A DNA stretch of 10,127 nucleotides from Octopus sinensis (Eukaryota): NCBI RefSeq assembly GCF_006345805.1, contig NW_021827755.1, forward strand, positions 1 through 10,127, in the 5' to 3' direction. The position numbers and the translations under genes are program-made. The notes below the pieces were generated by a model. The model searched no databases and was not told the DNA's origin. It was given only the letters and a program-made list of their open reading frames with translations. Positions 8,155 through 10,127 of this stretch are shown piece by piece; the first letter of the stretch is position 1, and every line of letters starts with the position of its first letter.

Positions 8155-8473
8155 ATAGCCAGACCAGTAGGTGTCGCTTCTGACAATCTCTGTTCGAAGG
8201 TTTTATTTACCTAGTTTCGGTGGAATACATCCACTTGTTTTCAATAATAGAAATATTAAAATTACTAAGTCTCTCTAAAAGAGAACACGGCAGCATTCCC
8301 GGAAAATAATAGTTATCGCCATACTAATATGGCATTCTTATAAAAATAAGAATGAACTGACCACTTATTAGCTCCATGAGGCCATCGCCTTAAGTTAGCT
8401 ATTTGATACACAAACTGTATCCATATAACCTTCGAACAAGGGAGGTCAGTCGCTCCACACTACTTGACCGACA

Positions 8474-8515
8474 GCTACAGACGCGTTTCGGGGTATTGCC
8501 CCTTTTCAATGTAGC
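8474..8515 (-). ncRNA. Minimal type I hammerhead ribozyme, U3-A8 core variant, unit 2 (predicted)
   Basis: Identical 42-nt motif, +361 from unit 1. Confidence 0.8.
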
Positions 8516-8834
8516 GTAGCCAGACCAGTAGGTGTCGCTTCTGACAATCTCTGTTCAAAGGTTTTATTTACCTAGTTTCGGTGAAATACATCCACTTGTT
8601 TTCAATAATAGAAATATTAAAATTACTAAGTCTCTCTAAAAGAGAACCCGGCAGCGTTCCCGGAAAATAATAGTTATCACCATACTAATATGGCATTCTT
8701 ATAAAAATAAGAATAAACTGACCGCTTATTAGCTCCATGAGGCCATCGCCTTAAGTTAGCTATTTGATACACAAACTGTATCCATATAACCTTCGAACAA
8801 GGGAGGTCAGTCGCTCCACACTACTTGACCGATA

Positions 8835-8876
8835 GCTACAGACGCGTTTCGGGGTATTGCCCCTTTTCAATGTAGC
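8835..8876 (-). ncRNA. Minimal type I hammerhead ribozyme, U3-A8 core variant, unit 3 (predicted)
   Basis: Identical 42-nt motif, +722 from unit 1. Confidence 0.8.
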
Positions 8877-8996
8877 GTAGCCAGACCAGTAGGTGTCGCT
8901 TCTGACAATCTCTGTTCGAAGGTTTTATTTACCTAGTTTCGGTGGAATACATCCACTTGTTTTCAATAATAGAAATATTAAAATGACTAAGTCTCT

Positions 8997-9054
8997 ATGT
9001 ATATATGTATATATGTATATATGTATATATATATATGTATATATAATTATTATG

Positions 9055-9088
<34 letters not shown>

Positions 9089-9112
9089 ATACATATATAT
9101 ATATACATATAT

Positions 9113-9169
<57 letters not shown>

Positions 9170-9177
9170 GTATATAT

Positions 9178-9209
<32 letters not shown>

Positions 9210-9210
9210 G
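8997..9210. repeat. Long (TA)n/(TATG)n microsatellite
   Basis: Direct reading; about 210 bp. Confidence 0.93.
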
Positions 9211-9211
9211 T

Positions 9212-9668
9212 GAGCTCTTACCTCTGCTGGTGACTAAAGGCCTCTCGCTCAGAGTAAAAGGCAGACTGTATGATGCGTGTGTACGAACAGCCATGCTACA
9301 TGGCAGTGAAACATGGGCCGTGACTGCTGAGGACATGCGTAAGCTCGTGAGGAATGAAGCCAGTATGCTCTGATGGATGTGTAATGTCAGTGTACATACT
9401 CGACAGAGCGTTAGCACCTTGAGAGAAATGTTGTACCTAAGAAGCATCAGTTGTGGTGTGCAAGAGAGACGATTGCGCTGGTATGGTCATGTGGCGAGAA
9501 TGGATGAAGATAGTGTGTGAGAGAAAGTGCCAATCCCTAGCAGTTGAGGGAACCCGTGGAAGAGGTAGACCCAGGAAAACCTGGGACGAGGTGGTGAAGC
9601 ACGACCTTCGAACTTTAGGCCTCACTGAGGAAATGACCAGCGACCGAGACCTTTGGAATATTCTGTAA
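9212..9668 (+). pseudogene. RTE-clade retrotransposon ORF C-terminal region (post-RT), disrupted
   Basis: KGRLYDACVRTAMLHGSETW...EASML*WMCNV...RRLRWYGHVARM, then after a frameshift near 9513 LAVEGTRGRGRPRKTWDEVVKHDL. LRW.GHV.RM and RGRPR.TW are RTE hallmarks. In-frame TGA at 9371-9373. Confidence 0.9.
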
Positions 9669-9778
9669 GTGAGAAGACCAGGCAGGACAAGTGAGCCCAG
9701 CCCACTTATGAATGCCTTTCCTCCCTTGGACACAAAGACCTGTGAGGCAAGCGAAGTCGATATAGAACCTCATCCGAC

Positions 9779-10127
9779 GACAGGCACCCATGCCAACCCC
9801 CTCTTCTTGCGAAGACATGTTGGCAAGCAAAATCGAAATCGAAACCGAATTGAACCAGCCAGAGGATCCCTGGTCTGGTGGTACGTAAAAAGCACTATCC
9901 ACGACTCGTGCCGATGCCAGCGCCGCTTCGACTAGTTTCCGTGCCGGTGGCACGTAAAATTCTCCAATCCGACCGTATGACAGGCACCCATGCCAACCCC
10001 CTTTGCTTGTGAAGACATGTTGGGGCAAGCGAAATCGAAATCGAATTGAACCAGCCAGGATCCCTGGTCTGGTGGTACGTAAAAAGCACTATCCGACTCG
10101 TGGCCGATGCCAGCACCTCCTCGACTG
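9779..10127 (+). repeat. ~200-bp tandem duplication within the RTE 3' UTR
   Basis: GACAGGCACCCATGCCAACCCC starts at 9779 and at 9979. The copies align with indels through GATGCCAGC...TCGACT (9933 / 10126). Confidence 0.88.

Larger units (their letters stand above)
7897..8996 (-). repeat. Tandem array of three 361-bp units plus a 17-bp partial unit; candidate non-LTR retrozyme / Penelope-like terminal repeat
   Basis: Units start at 7897, 8258, 8619 and 8980 (AAAATTACTAAGTCTCT). Manual comparison gives 10 variable sites among the three full units. There is no long ORF, and each unit carries hammerhead motifs. Confidence 0.9.
9211..10127 (+). mobile_element. 5'-truncated RTE-clade LINE: end of ORF plus 3' UTR, running off the window
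   Basis: ORF remnant at 9212-9668, followed by UTR sequence sharing GTGCCGGTGGCACGTAAAA with the minus-strand tail fragments at 628-900 and 2007-2210. Confidence 0.85.

Noticed and set aside
7897-8996. CRISPR-like or plain satellite reading of the tandem array
   Set aside because: The units are 361 bp and near-identical throughout with no unique spacers, the context is eukaryotic and there are no cas genes. A plain satellite would not explain the intact ribozyme motifs.
6928-9447. ORFs rich in YI/IY/MY runs (6928-7368, 7175-7426, 7301-7507, 8893-9213, 9112-9447; also 334-645 and 4201-4467)
   Set aside because: These are translations of (TA)n microsatellites, which lack stop codons.
9615-10116. 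ORFs 9615-10028, 9669-9935 and 9895-10116
   Set aside because: Incidental frames in the GC-richer RTE 3' UTR and its duplication; no motifs.

Overview
AT-rich, repeat-saturated animal genomic DNA, most likely octopus (inferred from the tRNA-derived CORE-like SINEs, an RTE LINE with an (ATG)n tail, long TA microsatellites and a C2H2 zinc-finger exon). The only host-gene-like coding sequence is a minus-strand six-finger C2H2 array (about 3288-3776), flanked by a SINE and a MITE-like fragment. The rest is decayed mobile DNA: a mariner 3' end, three RTE pieces, two SINEs, and a piggyBac relic carrying nested Helitron-like inserts, with sister copies of those inserts nearby. The ORF track misses the most notable feature, a cluster of predicted hammerhead ribozymes. 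A 3 x 361-bp tandem array (7897-8996) carries in each unit an invariant minimal type I hammerhead with a compensatory U3-A8 core (UUGAAAA) and a palindromic, dimer-type stem III, plus a second degenerate hammerhead-like motif. This is the architecture of a non-LTR retrozyme or Penelope-like terminal repeat that could yield a 361-nt circular RNA. Two more hammerheads of different sequence lie at 7627-7704 (-) and 2588-2634 (+). All folds were worked out by eye and none has been tested.
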